Below, piece by piece: positions 1-11,291 of a DNA stretch of 64,000 bases. A program made the translations under genes and the position numbers. The notes under the pieces are model-generated. The model did not search any database and was not told the DNA's origin. It worked only from the letters and a program-made list of their open reading frames with translations. Every line of letters begins with the position of its first letter. The first letter of the stretch is position 1. Origin of the DNA: Bugula neritina (Eukaryota > Animalia > Bryozoa); the NCBI GenBank assembly GCA_964035545.1, contig OZ037769.1, positions 12,616,633-12,680,632 of the forward strand, in the 5' to 3' direction.

Positions 1-1169
1 CAATTTTTAATAATACCACCAATCGAAAGGCAATTGTCAAGTATAATAGCACAACTCAGCCAGTAGGCCCTGTAAGAGTCTACACCCCACTGATAACACA
101 TTGCTTTTTAATCATGAAACCACAAATGAGTGGGCATTAACCTTTGTCCCCCCCCCCTTAATTTCAATTAAAGTAGTTTTTTGCCATTGGCACACTTGAT
201 ACTACAGGAGAGAGGTGTCCGATTTCTTCAACTTCTCTTTCCTTGACCCCGGCTTTGGCATTGGCTCAATGATATAATTAACATCTGTACTTCTTTCCGA
301 ATGCTTACCGAAAAGCTGCAACAACAATATAAGGATAATAAGCTATAATTTGCTAATAAAAATTCATTTTTCATGCTAGACAACAAAACAAAACTTTCTT
401 AGGCTTTGTTATATTTGGCGCTAATTCTACAATTCATATTGGTATTCCAGGTGCTTTATATTGCAAGACATTCTCTTTTTTATTAGTATCAAAACATTAC
501 GCCATTTTTCTGTCTTCAACAAAACTTTAATGCAACTGGCGTTTTTTGTAGTTTTGCTTAAAGTACAATTTTCTTGATGTTATTTTTAGCTGATTTTTTA
601 TAAACCTGATAAGTAGAATGCATGTCCTGTTGGCTTTTAAAGGTAGTTTAGATGCAGTTGGTGTGGCATTGATTGGTCTATGGTGTCTCTTACGTTCTGT
701 GTTGTGGCTTAGCGACTACTTTTTTTTAACAAACCTGAGTCATTAATCCCAGTTAGTTTCATCTGTAACCTCAATTGTGGAAGCAAAAAAAATTAGTCAT
801 AATTTTACTGGCTCAACATTTAAACATAGTTCAACTACTACAGCCCAGGCTGCTATAAAAACAAGTTGACATCATGTGTTGTGAATAGCTGTATAGTTTA
901 GAAGTTATTTTGCACTGCCTGCCTGTTTTAATTGCTCTATATCTCTACAATAATATGAAATTGTATAACATATATACTCTCATAACATGTAAATGAACCA
1001 TCAAATTACATTATTCCTATAATGTTTATTTTGCTAGCTTATTCAGTTTTGCTCTCAATATTTTTAAGTATTTTTAAACGTTTACCTGCTGAAATGTAGT
1101 CTTCTATTAATTATAATTTTTTATATTTTTGCAGTTAGTTGAAAAGTTTTATTTATTTATATTTTACAG

Positions 1170-1316
1170 GAAGCTTACAAAAATACCGTGGACTCCTCTA
1201 CAGACACTGATTCTGAGGACTTTGTGTTAAATAAGTTAGCCAAAGCTGAAGCCAGTATTCAAATAGTTGAACCTTTGCCTGCTGAACTCTATGATAATCG
1301 ATCAGGAAATTCCTAG
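1170..1316 (+). CDS. Terminal coding exon of a gene starting left of the window (EAYKNTVDSS...YDNRSGNS*), product unknown
   Basis: T-rich tract + TACAG acceptor ending 1169; 49 codons ending in TAG at 1314-1316; AATAAA at about 1774. Confidence 0.55.
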   Translation, partial: EAYKNTVDSSTDTDSEDFVLNKLAKAEASIQIVEPLPAELYDNRSGNS

Positions 1317-1479
1317 CGGGTAGCAGCTAACACCCACTGGATTTATAATACATATCTGTTTTATGATTGCAGTCTAAACTGTGAAACGTGTCTATCCAAT
1401 TACTGTAATGTGGCCGCTTTTTCAAAATGGCTGCACTTGACTCAATCAAAATGTATCTTCTGAAGCTTAACCCTGTCAG

Positions 1480-1595
1480 AATAATTTCTCCATAAGCAGC
1501 TCAGAGTTGGGGGTGACTGAGTGCAATAGTTTGGGGTTTCGGGTTTGGAGTTGGGGGTTCAGAGTTCCAACCTAAACCTCCAGTCAAACTGCTAC
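1480..1595. mobile_element. Partial copy of Mutator-like MITE family A
   Basis: ATAAGCAGCTCAGAGTTGGGGGTGA matches the TIR of copies at 11116, 13436 and 36862. Confidence 0.65.
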
Positions 1596-2329
1596 TCGTT
1601 TTGTTACTAACTATGAGAGTCTCTTTTAACCTTGACCCTGCCAACAACTCATTTTAGAGCAGGTCACAACGTTTAGGTGTTTTCATATCACTTTTGTTTG
1701 AAATTGATTCAATGTTTTAGCATCTCTTGTTTGTTAACTGCTGTATCTGGTGTTCCATCCATTTATTTTAGTCAATAAAACTAATTATGACAACCAACAT
1801 TTGTTTTTCCCTGTATCTTCATGTATCTCACAGGAGAACATGTTTATACTAATGATCTAACCCTGTATAAGGAAAATAGTTTTTTGCTAATACTTTCTTG
1901 GTATAGTGTGTCAAAATATTGTCTCTTTTTATCATTTGAACTTTTGACTGGTGAAAAGGAGCATATTAGTCCATTAGCACTTGACAAAGGTAGCCTAGTA
2001 GGTATAAATCCGGGTCCACATTCTTAGATTTCCTCTATACCTGCTCATAAGAAACATTTTGAGGTTATTTTAGGCACAGTGGTAATAAAACGTACCCACA
2101 TATTGACTAAATATGTATAGTCTTGTGTTACACTAAATCTGAGCCTCTTTTAAACAATTTTTTGAAACTTATATAAGCATTAGTTTGAACCAATCAAAAG
2201 GTTTAAATGATTTCAAAACTTACATAACTAGCAGCTCGGTTTTATGGTTTTTCACTGAATAAAAGCTGCATGTATATATACAACCATTTTATGACAGCGA
2301 TCTGCCCGCACCATTACTCATAATAATAG

Positions 2330-2770
2330 GAAGTAGGTAATAAAAAACCCTCCTCCAATGAAATCAGCTGCCGAAGAACATTTCAAGAGCATGGTTCATT
2401 TGCTTGGCGATAATGGGCGGAAGAGCTATATTTAGCTATATGGCAATGATTACCTTTTTCATGGTCACAGCTACTGCCCCCTGACAGTTCCTATATACTT
2501 AAACTAATAGTTTAGCTTTACCAGGAACTTTGAAATACATTCAGTGCCAGCATGGTGCCTGAATGTCTTGGGAATAGTATAGTTATAACTTGTTATACAA
2601 TCAAATTTAATGCCAATTGACGTTATAAAACCCGACATCTTTGGCATGTCTGACCATATCGAAAATTGCTAGACCTGAATCATAGATGCAACACCAGGTG
2701 ATGGGGGTCAATATCGAGTGCCAATGTAAAAAGGTATTGGAGCTGGTTTTTTTACTAATTATTATAATGC
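2330..2770. mobile_element. Old degenerate inverted-repeat element (MITE-like)
   Basis: TAAAAAACCCTCCTCCAAT (about 2341) mirrors ATTGGAGCTGGTTTTTTTA (about 2736-2754). Confidence 0.35.
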
Positions 2771-3416
2771 AACAAGTTTTGTTTTAGACAAAGTACTTTT
2801 GGAGTCTTTACCAATTTGTTCCCATCAATTTAATATAGGAGGTAAAATGTTTATGAGTTTGTAAAATAACCTAAAACTACTAATCATTCACTTTAAAGTT
2901 TTTTTAAATGGATATTCTAATTTTAGCTGTGATTTCAGCCATAAAGGAGACATATTTTACAGCTTGCATTCCTGCGACTTTTTCCTTATTATTATAGTAA
3001 TTACCAAGATTATGTTTTTAGTCAACAGCTTTTCACTTATTATAGATCATACTAAATCTTAACTTGGTGTATGCGTAAAGGAGCAAATATAGATAAATGT
3101 GCTTTAAATAAATCATAAATAAAAAAATATATCAATGTTATATATTATAGACCCATCCATAAAAACAATGATGTTTTATATTGGAGTGAAATGATGATTT
3201 TGTAATATTATAGGATATAAATATTAAAAATAGTAGGCAACCTGTCACAAAAATGTTAAACTCATTTATTCTGTACCAAAAATAGCAAAATGTGATCTAA
3301 TATGATGGGTCAACAAGATTTTAAAATGGAAGATAGGCTGATTTAACTGAACAGTCTGTGTATAATGAAAAATCACCAATAAACAACAAAAAGCGCCTGT
3401 TCTTCTTCTAAAAAAA

Positions 3417-3628
3417 GACTCACACAAGTTTATAGTTGCTATTCCTGTGAGAAACTCTTGATGGAAAGGGTTTATGTTAAAGCGGGCTAAGGACTTATTT
3501 AAATAAGGCACAGGAAAAATTATGACTGGATGCTCTTTCCAACATCACCAATGGTCTTTTGTCGGGGTTCGAACCCATGACCTCGTGTTTACTAGGCAAA
3601 TGTTCTAACCCCCAGACCACGGCTGTTC
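3417..3628 (-). mobile_element. tRNA-derived SINE family 1 (about 210 bp)
   Basis: Minus-strand A/B boxes (GTGGTCTGGGGG, GGTTCGAACCC) and a body shared with six other copies in the window. Confidence 0.85.
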
Positions 3629-3740
3629 TTTTTTAAGAGTAATGTATTTAATTAGTTCTAATCAAAACTATAAATTAGTTATTTTAATTAACATAATGAA
3701 ATTGCCGACTAATTTATTTAAGTCATTTAGCTAGAACATA

Positions 3741-4013
3741 TATCATCATCATCTTGCTGTCTGTCTAGTCCGACTATGACTTCTGGTGTATCATTTGTCT
3801 CCATTTGGGTCTGTCAAGTGACAGCATTTGCCATTTGCCGAGAGATATTCCCTTGCCTTTAAGGTTGCATTTAATGGTATCTTTGTAACGGAGCCTCGGT
3901 CTGCCAATGTCACGGGAGCCTTCTGTTAGCTGTGAGTATAAAACCTGTTTTTGGATCCTGGTGTTGTCTAATCTGTTGATATGTCCGGCCCATATATAAA
4001 CCAGCCTAAACAA
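3741..4013 (-). mobile_element. 5'-truncated RTE-clade LINE, 3' end
   Basis: WAGHINRLD...KQVLYSQL.EGSR.IGRPRLRYKD...W....DR..WR is the typical RTE ORF C-terminus; followed by a (GAT)n tail. Confidence 0.85.
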
Positions 4014-4693
4014 TTATTTCGTAAGCATTTTTTCCCAGTTTTCAATCATATCATGTAATAGTACTATAATAAACTCTTGAAAGCAAACATTTATGTTGCA
4101 TAGTATTTTTGTTGCATGCGTCTAATGATAACTACTGAGGTTATGGACTATAATGTAGCATGAGCTTCAAGCATGCAGTCAAACGAAAAGTTAAAATACG
4201 ACTAAGCAAAGACCTATACTTGCAAAATGCAACTGAAACAAGCTAAAACAATAATTTTTCATAGAATGGAATTCTATAGAATTATATTAGCATTCTTTAT
4301 AGACTATATGTGCTTCTAATGTTATGTATATGATGCATTGAGATTCAAATAAAATATTACTGCAGAGGTCAGGCTATTCCTCATCAAATGTTAATATGCA
4401 AAATAAAAACTTATTATCCACATTTTCTATTGTTGCTTTAATTCTGATAATATTGTTTTGCTGTTATATATATAAATACTAACCAGGATATGCGCTTCTC
4501 ATGCTTTGAGAAATTTTACATATTTGGTTGAACAACACATGCAATCTTATTGTATATCAAAATCCTGTTTTCCATTCTGGCAACACTGCCAATCTAGTAT
4601 AGATGAACTTGGGACATTTTTTATAAAATAAAAAGTATATAAGAAAGAGATAGGAACTCTCTTTCTATACATTGGTTAGCCTGTTTAGTCACC

Positions 4694-6848
4694 ATGTCTG
4701 TTTACATGTTCCTGATCGTCTTTATCGTTATGGGTGATCAAATTACAGCCTGCTTGCCAACACCGACGGCAGCGAAGGCAGCAAGAGCGAAAACATCACC
4801 AACATTGAAAACATCAGCAAAAGATGATTTGGCTTTACTGGAGTCTATTCCACACGAGGAAACAAGAACCAGGTATAAATCTATAGTTAAATAAGCTGTT
4901 GGGGTGTCTGTTTCTAGATAATACGTTATTCTATCACAGTTGCAACTTTGGGGAATGTTTTGTTTAAATGTACTTTTAGCTTGCAACAGAGCTATTGCAC
5001 TTTATATAACTAAGAATACAATTATTACTATAAAGAAGTTCAAACTTGTGTATAAAATATTATAGTGATGTCAATCTCGGGAATTGCATCAACATAAAAT
5101 AGATGATTGCTGTGTCACTTATCAAGAGTCTAGGATAGTTTGGAGAGCAGCTTTGGAGTAAAATACTATTTTACTAAAATACTATACGGTTCAATACATA
5201 AATATGTTTGATTGGTGCGTAAGCTAATTTCATAAAGTTACTATAAGATCTCATGTGGTAATGATTTCATGGAAGTATAATAAAAATTTGTATAACCCAA
5301 CTAAATAATAATGACTTGCTCATTGTCTTTTTTATCTTTTCCTAAAGCTGTACATGCACAGCTGTTCATTGGAGCCAAATAGTAAAAAAGTAATATTAAT
5401 TTCCTAATGTGAAGTACTTGATATATAAGAAAAAAACCTATAATTTAAAATTTAACTTTAGTTTAAAATTGTTAGATTTTATTAAAATAGCTATAAAACA
5501 ATTTGCAAGAAACTGAAAGTTGCGTGAATAAAAATTGTTTGAAAAGATATACGTTTTAGTGCTAGCAAAACTGAAATATATATAGTAGTCTATTATACGC
5601 TTTTACCCTTTTTTTACAGAGCAAGTATTACTTAAATATATTATTGCTTTTATAGTGCTTATATTATTATATAAAATTAAATTAATGGAATGAGAATGTA
5701 AATTATAGATTGAAAAATTATAATTTGATCACAAATACTTTTTTGCAAATAATATACAATATAAAACACACAACCATAAATGAATAACTACTCCAGAAAG
5801 AGAAAATAATTAAATAGCATTACGGTTTATTAATTTTACACAGGATTGATCATTCTAGAACTCAGTTGCAGTAAACTTGTCTTGTGTAATACACATGTCA
5901 TCAACTGGTGAAAATATTAAATCAGACTTGGTAATGCCTCCTATCAGTTTATCTACCTGGGTTTTATTTACAAAATGCTTATCAACTCACTATAATATGA
6001 CAAATCATCCTCCATAACTCAACATTGAAATGAAACATATATTAAATGTCTGCAGTTATTTTCACCAGTTTGATTTATTGCATTTTATTTTGTAGAGAAC
6101 CAAGAAAAAATCCGTTTACCGGCTTTGACTATTGTGAGGAAGGGCAGACTTCATGCTGCCTCCACCCATTTGCTAAAAGGGCCTCAGAACTTGAGCTACC
6201 TTATGTTTTTCCTCAAATCATACCTCTCAACTACTGCCAAGGGCACTGTAAGTTCTTGCAACATAAAGGATGTTCTGTCTATAAAATTGCAGTATTGATA
6301 AATTCTACTTTTATATTTTTATCTGAAAAATTATTGCCTTCACTGGGGTTCGAACCCGAGACTTCCGGCTTGCAAGCAAGTGTGCTAACCATTACACCAC
6401 GGGAACTACTGGGAAAGCACGACACTACACCATCGTTATTCAGCTACACGTCTCTCACTGATGTGCTATAATCTCGTGTCGTTGTCTCCTCTGAGACTCA
6501 AACCTCAGGCTTAACCAACTAGCTTAAGTGAGCTTGCTAACCGCTACACTATATAAAGTCTACTAAAGAACCTCAAAGCTACAGTCTGTTTACTATTAAA
6601 TATATTAAATTTTCACAGAACTTTTTTTGTTAAATTATCTCTAAAAACAATGCCCGGCATTATTAGATGTCATGTGTTTAACAGGTCGCTTAGAAGGCAG
6701 CGTTCATTCTCAGCTGCTGAGCAAGGACTCCTCTTGCTGCCACGCCACAGAGTTTGAGCCTATCATGGTTACGTACTACGACGGCAACGGTGTACTGCAA
6801 TCAGAGTGGCTGGATGGAGCTGTCGCAACCAAATGTGCATGTTCATAG
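4694..6848 (+). CDS. Compact TGF-beta superfamily ligand, about 164 aa; exons 4694-4872, 6096-6247, 6685-6848
   Basis: Hydrophobic signal peptide; phase-compatible GT-AG introns; C-x6-CC...CQGHC...CC...CAC-S* nine-cysteine knot pattern. Confidence 0.85.
6334..6407 (-). pseudogene. tRNA-like element family 2 (tRNA pseudogene or SINE head, TTGCAA loop)
   Basis: GTGGTGTAATGG A box and GGTTCGAACCC B box; poor stems; related copies at 28067 and 32022. Confidence 0.65.
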
Positions 6849-8176
6849 ATAATCCTTGGTTATACAATGAAGGTGGTTGCGGACAATATTTTCGCTATAT
6901 AATTATAATTATATATAAATAATTATAAATATATAATAATTATAATATTATTATGAAAAAATATCAACTATTGTTTATGTTGTTTGAATGAATAAATATA
7001 AGAAGTTTCTATAAATGATAATATAAATAATTCCTATTTCTTGGTTTTTTATACAGAAATGCTTATCTTCCAGATGTTGTGTTTATTTGGGAAACTTATT
7101 GTCTCAACCGCTATCTGTTTAAGCTAGAGAACAACATGAGTAATAAAAGGAGCTAAAAATACTATTTCTTAGAAATTAAAGGTTTATCTTGTATACTTTT
7201 TTTACTAACAAAGGGATGTGCGTATCATTCCCTTTAATTACCTGAAATATCACTACTTGGATTTGCTTTGCAATTCAAACTTGTGATATTTTTAATCAAC
7301 ATATATAAAAATATCTGCTTATATATTTAGCAAATACAATAATTTATACAAATACAATATAATGAGCTTACCATGATAGATAATAGCTAATAGCTAATAG
7401 TCCTTATTGCTGTATCTAATGCTTTTTACAGAAGTCTGTTAGAAATCTTAGCTTAGGCATTCTACTGGCAATATATACTTAGGCATGTACTATATGCCCA
7501 TATTTATGATGCTGTTATGGTAAAATCAACACATATACCTATAATAGTTTCTATAATACAGTCTTTACATCAGCCACCTCATTGGCTGAACCTTTCTATA
7601 TAATACACATAAAGTCATTAATTAAAAGTCACATAATTGAAAGCAATAATATTTTTCTGATTTGTTGCACCTGCTTGATTTCAACAACTAGGAAGTTATT
7701 CTTATAAAACATTTACATTTATTGAAATGGCATTTACTGCAGCACAAAACAACAGAATAGATTACACTAAAATAGCTGGCTGATGCTGCCTGTCACCATG
7801 TTTGGGGTGATGTTTGTCATGCTGTCCTGTTTTTGCTGCTGTTAAACCAAGCGTTCCCACACCTTTACTTTTATCTCAGTGTCTTTCATTTTATTTTTCA
7901 GCTAAAAATAGAGCTTCAATAAAAAATGTGTCAGAAGATAACTTCTTAAATTTATATTTTGCTGATTCTACTGGGCAAACTATTGTTACAGTACACAAAC
8001 TATATCTATTAATTGTTACACAACCATGTACATGATGTGTTACTGCAATATATTCTATAAAATTCTTAAATCGCTTAATTCTTAAACAGTAATTATTTTT
8101 ATAATATTATTATTTTTTATTATTATTTATTATAAATTTAGAATTTTTTACGGAAGTTTCACACCATAAGAAGTAT

Positions 8177-10146
8177 TCAGAGAGTATTAACACCCATGCC
8201 GACAGTCATAACGTTCCCATAACATTTTCCAGGGGCTTTATTCTGAAACCCTTTCTATTATTATACTCAACAAGCACACAACTACAAATCACACTATAAC
8301 CTCAAGTATAATTACCATATCGTAGGCAGCATGAAACAACTGCTGCTGCTCCTTGCCATCTTTCCCAATTGGTTTATAAGTGTGGAGCTTCTTATTAATC
8401 TCTTCATATTTCTTACGGATGTCCTTCATTATTTTTTTGATTGGAGTTCGAGTTGGCCTTCTGCCAAAAATATCCTCCAGGTGTTTCCTGAAACCCTCCA
8501 CATGTGGGCCATAGGCTGAGCTGTATATTATGTATACGATGTATATTATGTATATTATGTATTATGTATACTATGTATATTATGTATACTATGTATACAT
8601 GTATATTATGTATATTTTATTATATATTTTAACACATGCAAGTTTAAAGGATTGCTCTATCTTGTCTAATAAATGGCCATTTAGGTCAAACACACATAAT
8701 ATTGTGTTTTTCTAAGCATGCATTGACAAAAAGCATTTGACCAAAGGTAGAAAAAGTTAGTTGAAGTTGAGGGTGTAGATTGGTAACAGCCAAAACGCCG
8801 ATTTTGAAATGAGCTGGGAAATGTGACGTAACAGCGCCAGCATTCCTGCTGGTCACGTGACTATACAAATGAATAACTATAGAAATATGACTGTGAGATG
8901 TGATCTTTCAGCTCGAAATTTGTATATTCATAGAAGTGCAAATGTGAATTATCTCAATCTATAGTTTTTTGACATTTTAAATAACATGTATGTGATAACA
9001 TTAGGCCATATTTTGCTTGTAAGCATAGAAAAAAGCATTGCAAAAACATGCATTCTTTAGGATGAATGCCTGCGATCGATCTAAACTAGGTCAGATTGTG
9101 CAATATTACGGGCACACCAAAGCTGACCTATATAGCGCACTGTAACTGCTTGAGCGTTATTGGTTGATGTTGTGCTCAGCAACCTTGAATACTAGCGTTA
9201 TAGTTAGCACGTGCAGCATAGTTACTGGCGTTCACACGTCACGTATTAGGCTATTCTTTTTCATGGCTGAAAATTTTACCTCCCTCAAAATTGGAATTTT
9301 GAAAAGCTGTTTTCTAGGCACATATCCCTTTGCAAAGTCACAATTGTTTGCATACACATTAGATTATAGTTCATAATTATAATGTGATTGTAATAAACTA
9401 AGATTGAGCAATCCTTTAAATGAGTTTATTGATCTATAATCATCAGTGCTCTCAACACAAGTAGTGCGTTATTATATATATATTATATTATATTATATAT
9501 ATATATATATATATGCAAGTTATCTATGTTGTAGAAGATTAGTCAATGTCTTACACAACAGCTTCAGTCTCATCAGCATTGCTGCCGTCAGCAGCTAGCT
9601 TAGCATCCTGGGACAGTTTCTCAGCCCATTCTCTCAGATCAGTCTGAGCTTTCCTGAAGTTTGAGTGCAACTAAAACATATCCAGTTATATAACACAACT
9701 TAAGTGAACAAAAAGGTATATTTCATCACTTTCTATATGGAAATAAACCATGCAACAGAACACCATTTTCTCCTTAATAAGTTATTGCAGTTATACATTG
9801 CCTATAGTTTATACACGGTCTTGTATAGACAAAAGTAAATAGTATTGTGCTTTATTGTGTTTAGAGTTCATAGTTGTGCACAGAGGTCCAAAATAATTAG
9901 AGTTTAATTCAAACAATCAAATGGTTTAATTCTTTATTATAATAAACAAGATGCAAATGGTTATAAATCTTAGCCTCCAGCTACTGGCTTTAGGTTAGAG
10001 CTGTTAAACAAATCACCATAGCAACAATGTTGTTATTCTTTTCATCTTTACTAACCACCAATACTTGGAATTATCCCCCTCTACATTGCTTCACTTAGTA
10101 CTTACCGCCCAGACAGCGTGTATTAAGCAAGTGTCAAGACATCTCA
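8177..10146 (-). CDS. Uncharacterised protein, 5' end not found; exons 10146-10106, 9670-9555, 8520-8316, 8254(or 8242)-8177
   Basis: Four GT-AG exons with compatible phases join into an open frame of about 145 aa; no recognisable domain. Confidence 0.5.
8522..8625. repeat. (TATGTATAY)n minisatellite
   Basis: Visible tandem array of 9-14 bp units. Confidence 0.85.
8648..9415. mobile_element. Non-autonomous DNA transposon with TTAA TSD (Kolobok-like)
   Basis: TTAA|AGGATTGCTCTATCTT ... AAGATTGAGCAATCCT|TTAA. Confidence 0.75.
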
Positions 10147-10840
10147 CTGTACCATCAATATAATTTATTATAATATAAAATAATGCAACATAATGTAATG
10201 TAATATAAATAAAATGTAATATAATATAAGTACAATGAGTGCAACAGACCACTTAATGTTAAAACGAATGTACATTATTATGAATTAAAATCTGGGCTGA
10301 AAAGCTATTAGTAAATTGATAAAGAAGTATTATATAGTTTTGATTAGGAAATCATCTAGTATAAATAAGGTGAAGTAATACTCATTATAAACTAAATTTA
10401 ACGTCGAGACCTGTGCAATGCTTTATTTGATAAAATAGCTTTCTTTACAGTTGCATAAAAGGTATTTAATTAGTAAATTTAAAAAAGTTACGAGATTGTA
10501 GACAATTCAGCAACTATGAAGTTGAATCATATTCTTATACAAACTTCATAAAATTAAGAAGTAATAAATTTTTTTTATCAGTTTTCATTTAATAGTATTT
10601 AATAATTAGTGAAAAATGGTTTCATCATAATTATTACACAAAAATGATTCGATCTTTCCAACAGAATGATTTTCTTTTACATGAAACAAACACCATAGGC
10701 TCAAAAAATGCACCTAAGACAATCCTTCTTGGTCAGCAAGTGTTTATGTTCGACAGGTACGACAGATCATATTGCAGTCCGTTACAGCCATACTGAGTAG
10801 TGCTAATTGATCTACACTAGATATAGTCTGAGCACAAATT

Positions 10841-10991
10841 CTACGCTTTCTCCACGAGATCTTTACTGGAGAAGTCCTGTTTCCACACAAACTCCGCAGC
10901 ATAGCCCTAGATTTCCCAAGACTCCTCACAAGTGTATACTAGCAGTGTACCCTAGTCTAAGCCGTCTTTCACATTGATCACGTGGAGATAA
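10841..10991 (-). pseudogene. PDCD2: PDCD2 C-terminal exon pseudogene fragment
   Basis: After a TTTAG acceptor: YLHVINVKDGLD*GTLLVYTCEESWEI*GYAAEFVWKQDF, matching the PDCD2_C motif DWGTL.VYTC...EFVWKQD with two internal TAG stops. Confidence 0.75.
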
Positions 10992-11115
10992 CTAAAAGTT
11001 TGACTCATGATTTACAAGAGCACACATCCATAAAGACTGTTTGCAACTGGAGTGTTTTCAATATGATTTGAAGTTTCAATACAGGTGATCATTGTACAAG
11101 CTTCTATACTATCAA

Positions 11116-11291
11116 GAATCGTTTTACAAACAGCTGTGAGTTGGTGGTGACTAAGTGCAACAGTTTGGGATTCTCGAGTTTAGAATGGGGAGGGGGAAAA
11201 ATTCCAACTTAAACCCCTCAACTCTAATCTCAAGGATCCCAAACTACTGCACTCAACCACCCCCAATTCAGAGCTGCTTATAGAACAGTTC
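11116..11291. mobile_element. Mutator-like MITE family A
   Basis: Long imperfect palindrome carrying the family TIR. Confidence 0.75.

Noticed and set aside
6334-6407. Functional tRNA gene (also 28067 and 32022)
   Set aside because: Anticodon and acceptor stems pair poorly and the three copies differ substantially; treated as pseudogenes or SINE heads
8530-8715. Tyr/Met-rich ORF (likewise 35982-36218 and 58319-58622)
   Set aside because: Low-complexity TA-rich intronic or intergenic sequence
10841-10991. Stop-codon readthrough or reassigned TAG in the PDCD2-like exon
   Set aside because: Other genes here use TAG as a normal stop and TGG for Trp; the exon is isolated, so decay is the simpler explanation
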